Below are positions 53,827-62,618 of a stretch of DNA of 64,000 nucleotides, piece after piece. The stretch lies in assembly GCA_002307015.1 (NCBI GenBank), contig DBTK01000131.1:723-64722 (forward strand), written 5' to 3'. The first letter of the stretch is position 1, and each line of letters opens with the position of its first letter. The translations under genes were made by a program, and so were the position numbers. The notes beneath the pieces are model-generated. The model searched no databases, was not told where the DNA came from, and saw nothing but the letters and a program-made list of their open reading frames with translations. Origin of the DNA: Spirochaetaceae bacterium UBA1318. Lineage in GTDB: Bacteria; Spirochaetota; Spirochaetia; Treponematales; UBA1318.

Positions 53827-54462
53827 ATGGTAGTCAATGCCGTTTCGATCGATGCGATGACCCGGGCCCTGCTCGGGCGGTTTCCCGATCCCACGCTTCC
53901 GATATCCTACGTTTTTTCCGAAGAGCCGCGTCCCGAAGCGGCTCCGGATTTCTACCTGATTCCCGCCGAAAAGCTCATTTCCCTGTCGGAGGGGCCGGCC
54001 ATGCTGCCTTATGCGCACGTGGTCGCTTTCGGCCCGGTGGAGGAGCTTCCGACGGCATTTTCTCTCGGCTGCGCCGATTACCTGAAGACCCCCTGGACGG
54101 TCCGCGAGTTCGCGTTCCGTCTGGAGCGGCTGTGTGGAAGGCTGCCTGCCGTTCATGAAGGGGAGTTCAGGCTCGAGGGTTTGAGCCTTTCCGGAAATGG
54201 CCGCAGGACCCTGTTGACCAGGGAAGAACGTGCGATTTTGGTTGTTCTGGCCAAACAGGTCCCCGAACCGGTATCCCGGTCTTCCCTCTACCGTTCCTAC
54301 CATCCCGACGTCTCACGGGCGTCAAATTCCCGGTCTGTCGACATGCATATCCATGAACTGAGGGCGAAAATAGGCCTCCTTGCGAACACAACTCGCTATG
54401 ATGAAGTGATCTATACGGCCCGGCCGATCGGATACGGTTTACGCCAATTCATATGTTGTTAA
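53827..54462 (+). CDS. OmpR/PhoB-type winged-helix DNA-binding protein with degenerate receiver-like N-terminus
   Basis: GCADYLKTPWTVREFAFRLERL resembles receiver alpha4-beta5 (GADDYLxKPF). The C-terminus LTREERAILVVLAKQ...SVDMHIHELRAKIG...IYTARPIGYGL is Trans_reg_C-like. No clear phospho-acceptor Asp context. Confidence 0.65.
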   Translation: MVVNAVSIDAMTRALLGRFPDPTLPISYVFSEEPRPEAAPDFYLIPAEKLISLSEGPAMLPYAHVVAFGPVEELPTAFSLGCADYLKTPWTVREFAFRLERLCGRLPAVHEGEFRLEGLSLSGNGRRTLLTREERAILVVLAKQVPEPVSRSSLYRSYHPDVSRASNSRSVDMHIHELRAKIGLLANTTRYDEVIYTARPIGYGLRQFICC

Positions 54463-54467
54463 CAACC

Positions 54468-54700
54468 TGTGGATAAAATTCACGGTTTTCCACAGCAAGC
54501 AAAGATCGGAATCGAATGTTAACGAATGTATGTGGATAAATAAGCCGTGTGCTTGTGGATAGATTGATATCTTGTTTTAATGTATAGAGATGCAAAGATT
54601 TTCCATATAAATATCAAATAAGTATTTTATGAGGTATCTGTCAAACTGCCTATGTGGAAAAGAAATATCAAGTTTCGGGTAATTGACAGCTTGTGGATAA
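54468..54700. promoter_or_regulatory. Cluster of six DnaA-box-like 9-mers around an AT-rich stretch
   Basis: TGTGGATAA at 54468, 54531 and 54692 is the perfect complement of TTATCCACA. TTTTCCACA at 54486, TGTGGATAG at 54554 and TGTGGAAAA at 54653 each have one mismatch. 54563-54640 is 18/78 G+C by hand count. Confidence 0.7.
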
Positions 54701-54768
54701 CTTGTTGAATGATCTCCCCGCCATCGTTTCCGCTTGCAAACGTAAAACTCGCATGGTACGATAAAAGC

Positions 54769-55716
54769 ATGAAAAAGGTGTTGAAGCTGGTGCCGTTTTT
54801 TTTCATTTCCCTTTTGTCATGCATCGTTCTTGGAATAACCGGTTTCATATTGATGAATTTCGCCTCGATGGCGCCATTTCACCTGTCCTTTGTCCTGAGG
54901 GCCTTGAAATCGAGCCTCCCCCTTTCGGTTTTGGTATCCATGCTCGTCGTGATGCTCTGCTGGTTCGGACTCCGCCCGAACCGGTTCCTTTCCTACCTCG
55001 TCGTGGCTATCCTGGGGTTTCTTTTCCTCGCCGGCGGATCCTGGTTTTTTGCCAGGATTCCTGATACCCACGCCTCATCCTCGGGAAGTACGGGCATTAC
55101 GGCGGCGCGTATAGCCTACGCCGAGGGGATAGCCTTCTATCCGATGGGTGTTTCCCACGACTCGGTCGGCCAGACCCTGGTTGCCGACCTGAATCGAACC
55201 GATTCGCCGCGGCTGACCCTGTACCGCGGAGGAAGCTTCGACCGATCGAAGGGGGAGCTGAGGCTGGGAAAAGGCTCGGACGGGGCTCCCGTCGATATCC
55301 CCGTGGGCGGACCGGCAAAGGCTTCCGACGCTTCTGGCGATGCCGTCTTCGCCCGCTTCCTTTCCGATGCGGGCGCCCTGAACGCTTCGCTCTATTTGGC
55401 AGCCTCCGGACCGATCGGCCGCTATCTTCTTTTCTGCGGCGCAATCGTCATCCTTTTCCTCTCTCTCTGGTTTTTCGCACGACTGACCGCCTGGGCGCTT
55501 TTCAACGCCGCCCTCGCATTCATCGCCTTCAGGCTTTCGCTTGCGGTCTTTTCCGCGCTGAATGACCAGGCATTTCGGCGGATCGCCATTTCAGTTGCCC
55601 CCTTCCTCGCGGTTCCCTTCGCATTCCCCGCCGTGTTCGCCGGTATCGGTTTTCTGCTCATCCTCTGCGATGTGCTTCTTTCCTTTCTCGGCGCCAGACG
55701 GAGGAGCGAGCCATGA
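54769..55716 (+). CDS. Membrane protein with 3TM - periplasmic domain - 3TM layout (LptF/LptG-like topology)
   Basis: Three N-terminal helices, a hydrophilic segment of about 110 aa, then three C-terminal helices. Start taken at MKKVLKLVPFFF; ATG 54709 is also possible. Confidence 0.45.
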   Translation: MKKVLKLVPFFFISLLSCIVLGITGFILMNFASMAPFHLSFVLRALKSSLPLSVLVSMLVVMLCWFGLRPNRFLSYLVVAILGFLFLAGGSWFFARIPDTHASSSGSTGITAARIAYAEGIAFYPMGVSHDSVGQTLVADLNRTDSPRLTLYRGGSFDRSKGELRLGKGSDGAPVDIPVGGPAKASDASGDAVFARFLSDAGALNASLYLAASGPIGRYLLFCGAIVILFLSLWFFARLTAWALFNAALAFIAFRLSLAVFSALNDQAFRRIAISVAPFLAVPFAFPAVFAGIGFLLILCDVLLSFLGARRRSEP

Positions 55717-57485
55717 CCTCGGGAAGGAAACTCGCCAATACCCTGATCGGGGCCTATCTGCTGCTCGCCTCGGTCTGTTTCGCCGCCGCCGTGCTCGGCT
55801 ATGCGCAGCGGGAGACCTTGCCGATATTCTATTGGAAGTGGATAGCCGCGAAGACCTTTGAGCTTTTCATCCGGTACATCCTGCCCGTCCACCTTACCGC
55901 CGTCGCCCTCGCGATCAGCGTCCAGCCCCGGGGGGCCTCGACCTCGTTGATTGCCGCCGTCCAGGGCCAGCTCCTCGTCATCATCGCGGTGGCGGCCCTG
56001 TTCACCTTCCTCGTGGAATACTCCCTTCCGGCGACCTACGCCGACGAGAGTCGGATGGCCTCGATCACGACGGCCTTCAGGAATTCCTATGACGATGCGG
56101 ATGCCGCGTTCAGAAAAGCGGACTATGAAACCGCCGTGACGAAGATCCTGGTCTGCCTCGGCATCGATCCGGCCAATCCCGCGGCTCGGGATCTTCAGGT
56201 GAGGATACTCCGAAAGAAGGCGCTCGCGGCTTCTCCTTCGGGGCTTCCCGTCCTATCGGAAGCCGGAACGGCCGGGACCGGGGCCGTCGGCTTGACGGCG
56301 AGACCTGCCGCGAAAGCCGAAGAAAGCGCGAATGGCGACTCGTCCTTCGTCGCGGCCGATGGCCGGTCGGCCAACCCGGCCCTCGATCTGTTCAATCAGG
56401 CCCAGTCGTTCTACGATCACAACGATTTTTACGCCGCTCATCTCTATGCGACCCGGTCATTCGCCCTCGATCCGGCGAGGATCGACGCGCAGAGGCTGGC
56501 GGCCCAGGCCTGGCAGCGGATTTCGGATCTCGCTCCCTCGAAGGACTCGCCCGAACGGGACCTCTTCGCCAGGAAGATGGAAGGCTACGCGGCCTATGCC
56601 TCGAACGACCCCCTCGCCGCCTTCTATGTCTTCGCGAAACTAAAACCGGCCTACCCGAACGATCCCGACGTGGTGAAGTACTACGCCCTGAGCCTCGAGG
56701 CGGTAAAGAAGGTTTCCTTCTTCACCGATGAGATGTCCTCGTTCGACGCGATCCTGGGCAACGAGAACATCCTCTTCCGGAACGCCGTCGCCGACGGAAG
56801 GACGGAGATGGTCTATGTCGGGAAGGAAGCGGCCATCGGCGGCGAGGAATACTACCGCGACATCGAGGTCATGAGGTTCGATTCGTCGGGGGTGAAGGAA
56901 CATTTCTCGGCCCGGTACGGGAAACGCATCAAGGACGAGCTGCTGCTTTTCGCCATCGACCGGAAGGATCCCACGGTATTCTTCAAGCCCAAGTACTACG
57001 TGGGAAATCCCTCCTCTCCCGTGCCGTCCATGCTGAAGATTGGTTTCACCTCCGGGGAGTTCGAGCTGATCGCGAAAAGCCGCCGGCCCCTGGCTCAATC
57101 GAACATCAGCGAGCTTTTCACCATGGAACCGGTCATGGCGAGGGCAGGCCTTGACGGCGGCGAGGTGAAACGGGAAATACTCTACCGGTTCTTTCTCCCC
57201 GTCGAGCTGCTTTTCCTTTCCATCTGCGCCGTCATCGCCGCCCTGCGCTTCAGGTCCCGTTCCGAGGAACGTCCTCCCTTTTTCCAGCTTCTCGTCGGCG
57301 CCGGGTGCTTCGCCCTCGTTTCCTGGAGGGCTGTCGAGGCCTGGACGGCCCTGAACCGATCCCTGATCGACACCCTCTCCGTGACGGAGAATTTCGCCCA
57401 GTCCCAGGCCGTTTTCATCGCGGTTCAGGGCGCTCTCGTCGCCCTGACGGTCATCGTTCTCGCCGGCCAACGAACGGACGCCTGA
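55713..57485 (+). CDS. Membrane protein, 3TM - long periplasmic (TPR-like plus beta-rich) region - 3TM
   Basis: 590 aa. The start overlaps the upstream stop (ATGA). Helical-repeat-like region YETAVTKILVCLGIDPANP...FYDHNDFYAAHLYATRSFALDP. Three C-terminal helices. Confidence 0.45.
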   Translation: MTSGRKLANTLIGAYLLLASVCFAAAVLGYAQRETLPIFYWKWIAAKTFELFIRYILPVHLTAVALAISVQPRGASTSLIAAVQGQLLVIIAVAALFTFLVEYSLPATYADESRMASITTAFRNSYDDADAAFRKADYETAVTKILVCLGIDPANPAARDLQVRILRKKALAASPSGLPVLSEAGTAGTGAVGLTARPAAKAEESANGDSSFVAADGRSANPALDLFNQAQSFYDHNDFYAAHLYATRSFALDPARIDAQRLAAQAWQRISDLAPSKDSPERDLFARKMEGYAAYASNDPLAAFYVFAKLKPAYPNDPDVVKYYALSLEAVKKVSFFTDEMSSFDAILGNENILFRNAVADGRTEMVYVGKEAAIGGEEYYRDIEVMRFDSSGVKEHFSARYGKRIKDELLLFAIDRKDPTVFFKPKYYVGNPSSPVPSMLKIGFTSGEFELIAKSRRPLAQSNISELFTMEPVMARAGLDGGEVKREILYRFFLPVELLFLSICAVIAALRFRSRSEERPPFFQLLVGAGCFALVSWRAVEAWTALNRSLIDTLSVTENFAQSQAVFIAVQGALVALTVIVLAGQRTDA

Positions 57486-57494
57486 GTTCCGGTG

Positions 57495-58373
57495 ATGACC
57501 GCCGGGCTGGGGAATTATTTCAACAAGCTTCGGGACAGATTGCGGCCGCGGTCCGGCCGGGCCCGCCCGGTTTTCATCGGGAAGCTCGTCGGTACCGCCA
57601 TCGGCGCCTTCGCCGGCTGGTACGGGGCCCTTTCAGGCTTCCTCGTCGGTCTCCTCGTCGATCAGCTTCTCGAACGCCGGCGGTACACGAGGCGGCTCGC
57701 GGGCTTTCTCGCGGATCCCTCGAACCGATTTCCCCATGAGCTGAATCCCGGCGATGCGGCGATCGCCGGAATGGCCGTGTGGCTCGCCGCCTTCGATGGC
57801 GGGCTTTCGGATCGTCAGGCGGAAATCGTCACGTCATTCATCGCGAACCGGGGAAAGGGCGGGGGAGAAATTCCGTCGGGGAGGGCTGGCATGGATGAAG
57901 CTCCTCTGCGCTATGCCCGTGAGCTCGTCGAGGCCGTGTACGACTTTCCCGGCTCGATCGCCGCCCTTCCTCTCGCGGGGAGCCTCGTCGGTCTTCCGTA
58001 CGAAGAACGCCTGGCCATCCAGGCGATGCTCGCCGAGGCCGCTTCGGCGGATTCTCTTGGATTCTCCGAGAAGGACGCCGAGGCCCTCGATTCCGTCGGC
58101 TCGGCTCTCGAGCTCAAGCCGGGCGACATCAGGCGCGAACGGTCGATCAGGGACGACGGCCTCGCCGAGGCCTATCGGCTGCTCGGCATCGATCCCGATG
58201 CGGACGAGGGGGAGGCGAAGGCCGTGTTCAGGAAACTCGCCGCCCAGTTCCATCCGGACGCGAACGCGGGGCTTTCCGAGGAGCAGAGGAAGCAGGCCGA
58301 GGAGGCCTTCGTCAGGATCGAGAGGGCCTACCGGCTGGTCGAGGCGGGCTACTCTTCTTCCCGGACGACGTGA
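57495..58373 (+). CDS. djlA: DjlA-like membrane co-chaperone (N-terminal TM, TerB-like middle, C-terminal J domain)
   Basis: TM helix LVGTAIGAFAGWYGALSGFLVGLLV. C-terminal J domain AYRLLGIDPDADEGEAKAVFRKLAAQFHPD. Confidence 0.7.
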   Translation: MTAGLGNYFNKLRDRLRPRSGRARPVFIGKLVGTAIGAFAGWYGALSGFLVGLLVDQLLERRRYTRRLAGFLADPSNRFPHELNPGDAAIAGMAVWLAAFDGGLSDRQAEIVTSFIANRGKGGGEIPSGRAGMDEAPLRYARELVEAVYDFPGSIAALPLAGSLVGLPYEERLAIQAMLAEAASADSLGFSEKDAEALDSVGSALELKPGDIRRERSIRDDGLAEAYRLLGIDPDADEGEAKAVFRKLAAQFHPDANAGLSEEQRKQAEEAFVRIERAYRLVEAGYSSSRTT

Positions 58374-59629
58374 GCCCCGAGGGACTGGAGCCTCTCCGAC
58401 AGGTGCTCGTATCCCCGCTCGATCTGGTAGACGTTGTGGATGGTCGAGCCGCCCTCGGCGCAGAGCGCCGCGATGACCATGGCCATGCCGGCCCTGACGT
58501 CGGGTGAAACGAGGTCCGAGCCGTGAAGCCTCGCCGGTCCCGAAACGACGGCCCGGTGGGGATCGCAGAGGATGATCTTCGCCCCCATGGCGATGAGCTT
58601 GTCGACGAAGAACATGCGGGATTCGAACATCTTTTCGTAGACGATGATCGTTCCCTCGACCTGGGTTGCGACGACGGTGACGATCGAGGTGAGGTCGGGA
58701 GGGAATCCCGGCCAGGGCGCGTCGTCGATCTTGGGTATGATGCCGCCGAGGTCGCAGTTCACCTTGAGGGCCTGGCCCGGTTCCATGTGCAGGTTCGACC
58801 CCTCGATCTCCCAGCGTATGCCGAGCTTGGCGAAGGAGAGGCGGGACATCCTCAGGTCCTTCGGCTTGACCCCGGTGATGGTGAGCTCTCCCCGCGTCAC
58901 CGCGGCGAGGCCGATGAAGGACCCGATCTCCATGAAGTCGGGCCCGATCGCGAAGTCCGTCCCCGAGAGCTTTTTCACCCCGTCGATGACGAGGATGTTC
59001 GAGCCGATGCCGGATATCTTCGCGCCCATCGAATTGAGCATGGTGCAGAGGTCCTGGATGTGGGGTTCCGAGGCCGCGTTCTCGACGACGGTTCTCCCCT
59101 CGGCGAGGACGGCGGCCATCAGGGCGTTTTCGGTGGCGGTGACCGAGGTTTCGTCGAGGAAGATCTCGGCGCCGACGAGCTTGTTCGTCGAGAACCGGAA
59201 CTGGCCGTCGAGGTCGACGCGGACGCCGAGTTCGGTCAGCGCCAGGATGTGGGTGTCGATCCGGCGCCTCCCGATGATGTCGCCTCCCGGGGGCGGCATC
59301 AGGGCCTTTCCCGTTCTCGCGAGAAGGGGGCCGGCGAAGAGGACTGAGGCCCGTATCTTTTTCGCCTCCGCGGAGGGAATGTCGGACCGCACGATGTTCG
59401 CGGTCCTGATGGCGTAGTCGTTCGGCCCGAGTTTCACGACCTCCGCCCCGAGCTGGGTGACGATGTCGAGCATCACCTGGACGTCCTCGATTTCGGGGAT
59501 GTTGCGGAGGATAACCTTTTCGTCGGTTAAGAGCGTGGCTGCGATGCAGGGAAGGGCGGCATTCTTATTGCCGCTCGCGGCGAGGGTGCCTTTGATCGGA
59601 AAGCCGCCCTCGATCTGGTAGCGGTACAT
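58349..59629 (-). CDS. murA: UDP-N-acetylglucosamine 1-carboxyvinyltransferase
   Basis: MYRYQIEGGFPIKGTLAASGNKNAALPCIAATLL and full-length (426 aa) collinearity with MurA. Confidence 0.95.
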   Translation of the reverse strand: MYRYQIEGGFPIKGTLAASGNKNAALPCIAATLLTDEKVILRNIPEIEDVQVMLDIVTQLGAEVVKLGPNDYAIRTANIVRSDIPSAEAKKIRASVLFAGPLLARTGKALMPPPGGDIIGRRRIDTHILALTELGVRVDLDGQFRFSTNKLVGAEIFLDETSVTATENALMAAVLAEGRTVVENAASEPHIQDLCTMLNSMGAKISGIGSNILVIDGVKKLSGTDFAIGPDFMEIGSFIGLAAVTRGELTITGVKPKDLRMSRLSFAKLGIRWEIEGSNLHMEPGQALKVNCDLGGIIPKIDDAPWPGFPPDLTSIVTVVATQVEGTIIVYEKMFESRMFFVDKLIAMGAKIILCDPHRAVVSGPARLHGSDLVSPDVRAGMAMVIAALCAEGGSTIHNVYQIERGYEHLSERLQSLGAHVVREEE

Positions 59630-59645
59630 GGCGTCACTCTACTTG

Positions 59646-59674
59646 TTCACTTTTTGTCTGTCAATGCGTATACT
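59646..59674 (+). promoter_or_regulatory. Sigma-70-like promoter candidate for thrC
   Basis: TTCACT (59646-59651), 17-nt spacer, TATACT (59669-59674). AAAGGGGGG lies before ATG 59692. Confidence 0.3.
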
Positions 59675-59691
59675 GGGTTAAAGGGGGGACC

Positions 59692-61023
59692 ATGAAATTC
59701 GTCGACACCAGGAATCCTACCGAATCGGTGAGCTTCAGCGATGCGATTTTCTCGACCCTCGCGCCCGACGGCGGCCTCTACCAGCCCGCGAGCGACGCCG
59801 ACGTGCGGCAGTTCCTCCTCTACATGGACGAATCGACCTCCTTCCAGGAACTTTCGGAGGTCATGATCTCGAGCCTCTTCGAGGATGAGATCAATCCGGG
59901 CGCGGCGGCGAGGATAGCGAAAAGCTCCTTCCCCTTCTCGCCCGTGTTCAGGACCCTCGACGAGCATTTCTCCCTTCTCGAGCTCTACCACGGACCGACG
60001 GGGGTTTTCAAGGATTTCGGCGTTTCCTTCCTCGCGGCGGTGCTCGAGGAATTCATCTCCCATTCGGGCCGCTCGGCGACCGTGCTGACCGCCTCGACGG
60101 GGGATACCGGGTGCGCCGTCGCCAGGGCCTTCCATGGCCGCAAGGACATGAGGGTCGTCGTGCTGGTGCCGTCGAGCTGCGGATCGGCCTCGTCGGCCGG
60201 AGAGTCCCGAAAGCTCAGGCAGCTCGCCGCCTTCGACGGGAACGTCCTGAGCCTCCACGTGAGGGGCAACTTCGACGATTGCCAGCGTCTCGCGCGGTCG
60301 GCCTTCGAGAACCCCGCGGTCCGGGACCGTTTCTCCCTCATCTCGGCCAATTCCCTCAACCCGGGCCGGCTCATTCCCCAGACCTTCTATTACGTCTACG
60401 CCTTCACCCGGCTCAAGAAGACGATCCACGGGGATTTCTTTTTCAGCGTGCCCTCAGGCAACCTCGGGAACCTGACGGCCGGCATCTACGCCTGGAAATG
60501 GGGCATGCCGGTCAACGGTTTCGTCGCCGCGACGAACGCCAACGACGAGATCCCGCGCTACCTCGCGAACGGGGTGTTCTCGCCCCGGGAGCCGGTCAGG
60601 ACGGTTTCCGACGCGATGGACGTGGGGAACCCGGCGAACTTCGAGCGCCTGCTTTCGGTTTTCGGGAGCAACCCCGGGGTGATGCGCACGATGATCGACG
60701 GCGAGTCGGTGACCGACGATGAAACCCTGGACGCGATCCGCCGGGTCTACGAAACCCACGGCGTCCTCATCGACCCCCATACGGCGGTCGGCTATCGCGC
60801 GGCCGAGAAATTCCTCTCGGAAAAGCTCGACGGCCAGGGGAGCATCATCGTCCTGGCGACCGGGGACCCCTATGGCTCGGCCGACATCGTCGAGAAGGCG
60901 ACCGGGGTGAGACCCGAGCCCCCCGCCGGCATCGCGGCGCTTCCCGAGTCGGACCGGAACCTTCGGGCGATCGATCCGGACCTGGGCTCCCTCGTCGCTG
61001 CCCTCGAATCATTCGACAAATAG
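59692..61023 (+). CDS. thrC: Threonine synthase
   Basis: MKFVDTRN...LAPDGGLYQP and HGPTGVFKDFG (PLP lysine). 443 aa. Confidence 0.93.
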   Translation: MKFVDTRNPTESVSFSDAIFSTLAPDGGLYQPASDADVRQFLLYMDESTSFQELSEVMISSLFEDEINPGAAARIAKSSFPFSPVFRTLDEHFSLLELYHGPTGVFKDFGVSFLAAVLEEFISHSGRSATVLTASTGDTGCAVARAFHGRKDMRVVVLVPSSCGSASSAGESRKLRQLAAFDGNVLSLHVRGNFDDCQRLARSAFENPAVRDRFSLISANSLNPGRLIPQTFYYVYAFTRLKKTIHGDFFFSVPSGNLGNLTAGIYAWKWGMPVNGFVAATNANDEIPRYLANGVFSPREPVRTVSDAMDVGNPANFERLLSVFGSNPGVMRTMIDGESVTDDETLDAIRRVYETHGVLIDPHTAVGYRAAEKFLSEKLDGQGSIIVLATGDPYGSADIVEKATGVRPEPPAGIAALPESDRNLRAIDPDLGSLVAALESFDK

Positions 61024-62097
61024 CCGCAGATCCTTCTTTCCGTCCGGTCCCCTGAAGGGATTCTTCACGTTCTTGAGATAGGCCTTGTAGGTCTTGCAGG
61101 CGGCGTAGTATCCCTCGGGTCCCCGATAGGTCGACATGAGGTCGCAGCGGTAGAGTTCGAGGAGAGTCGGGAAGAGGGGCGATTCGATGCATTCCTTCAC
61201 CCGGTAGAAGGGAAGCTCGGGCAGGGCCGCCGGTATCATATGGTTCCGTATCAGGAAACTCACGTCGTTCGCGAGGCCGGAGGAAAAGCCGAGCCTCTCG
61301 AGAAAGCGCCTCGCCCCCGGCACCCCGATCTCGGCATGGCCGTCGAAGCGCCTTCCCTCGTTGCTCACTGCCCTGGCCTTCCCGATGTCGTGGAGGAGCA
61401 GTCCGAGCGAGAGGGTGAGGTCGGGAACCTTCCGGTACCTGAAGGTCTCGAGGGTATGGGCCCAGGCGTTGCCCTCGGGATGGAACTCCTTGGATTGCCC
61501 GATCGAGTCCATGGCCGAAAGCTCGGGCCAGAACCGTTCGATGAACCCTTTTTCGAGGAGAAGCGTGAGCCCCGTTTCTGGACGACGGCCGGTCAGCACG
61601 AGGGTGAGGAGGTCGGCCTGGACCTCGGCCGGAACCTCGCCGGCGCGGAGCGGCTCCCCGCCTTCCGGGGCCTCCAGGCCGTAGCGGCTCGAGAGGCTGG
61701 CTGCCTCGAAGAGGGCCCTAAAGGGCTCCCCGCGAGGCTGGCCGAGAGGTTCCTTTTTTCTGAGCATCCCGTAGATTCCGCTCTTGTCGAGGTAGACGCG
61801 GCGGCGGGGATCGTACCTGAGGGTGAGGGGGCCGTAGGAACAGGGATGGGGGGCGGTGAGGGAATCCACGCATCGGAAGTAGTATTTCCTGCCCTCGGAA
61901 ACCACGAGGGCGTCGCCGTACTCGATGCCGGGGTAGCTCACCCCGTCCAGGGTTCTCGCGAGGTCGGCCTGGGTCGCCTCCGTATCGATGAAGACGAGGG
62001 AGGATTCGCGAAGGGAGAAATACCGGTCGAGGGCCGAGAACGAGGCGAACTGGAACGCGATCGGACTCGCCTCCAGCGAAGCGATGAGGGATTCCAC
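61009..62097 (-). CDS. HD-domain protein related to the C-terminal part of CCA-adding/poly(A) polymerase-family enzymes
   Basis: GLTLLLEKGFIERFWPEL, HPEGNAWAHTL and LLHDIGKA. The N-terminal 150 aa lack the GGxVRD/DxD nucleotidyltransferase head motifs. Confidence 0.6.
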   Translation of the reverse strand: MESLIASLEASPIAFQFASFSALDRYFSLRESSLVFIDTEATQADLARTLDGVSYPGIEYGDALVVSEGRKYYFRCVDSLTAPHPCSYGPLTLRYDPRRRVYLDKSGIYGMLRKKEPLGQPRGEPFRALFEAASLSSRYGLEAPEGGEPLRAGEVPAEVQADLLTLVLTGRRPETGLTLLLEKGFIERFWPELSAMDSIGQSKEFHPEGNAWAHTLETFRYRKVPDLTLSLGLLLHDIGKARAVSNEGRRFDGHAEIGVPGARRFLERLGFSSGLANDVSFLIRNHMIPAALPELPFYRVKECIESPLFPTLLELYRCDLMSTYRGPEGYYAACKTYKAYLKNVKNPFRGPDGKKDLRLFVE

Positions 62098-62143
62098 GGC
62101 TAGAAGATACCGTTTCCTGGGCCCGCCGTCCAGCGTTCGGGTT

Positions 62144-62614
62144 CTAGCCCCTCGAGGCCTGCTTCCTGATGTCCTTCGAATAGAGGCAGAAATCGTCGCC
62201 GGGGGCGTAGAAGTCGGGGATGGTGCCCGCCCTGACGTAGCCGGCTCTATCGTAGAAGTTCCTGACGTAGCCGTACTCGGCCGTCCCCGAGGTTTCGACC
62301 CTGAAGATCGCCCGGTCGGCCGTACGGAGGGTCGCCTCCTCGACGGATTCCATGAGGGCGAGGCCTATACCCCGGCGCTGGAAGTCCGGGTTGACGGCTA
62401 TCCAGTACACGTCCCAGGCGAAATCGGTCATCGGGGTGCGGCCGTAGATCGCGAATCCGGCGAGGACGCCGTCGATCCGCTTTTCCGCGAGGGAGTAGTC
62501 CTTGTCCGGTTCTTCCCTCGCGGCCTCGAGGACCTCGCGCAGGATATCGATCTCGCTCCGCTTGAAGGAAAGTGTCGCCTCGGCGACGGCAAGGTACTCG
62601 GCTATGTCGGTCAT
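62144..62614 (-). CDS. GNAT-family N-acetyltransferase
   Basis: Start MTDIAEY at 62614, 4 nt after the upstream stop. The acetyl-CoA loop is IAVNPDFQRRGIGLALM. Confidence 0.75.
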   Translation of the reverse strand: MTDIAEYLAVAEATLSFKRSEIDILREVLEAAREEPDKDYSLAEKRIDGVLAGFAIYGRTPMTDFAWDVYWIAVNPDFQRRGIGLALMESVEEATLRTADRAIFRVETSGTAEYGYVRNFYDRAGYVRAGTIPDFYAPGDDFCLYSKDIRKQASRG

Positions 62615-62618
62615 GGAA

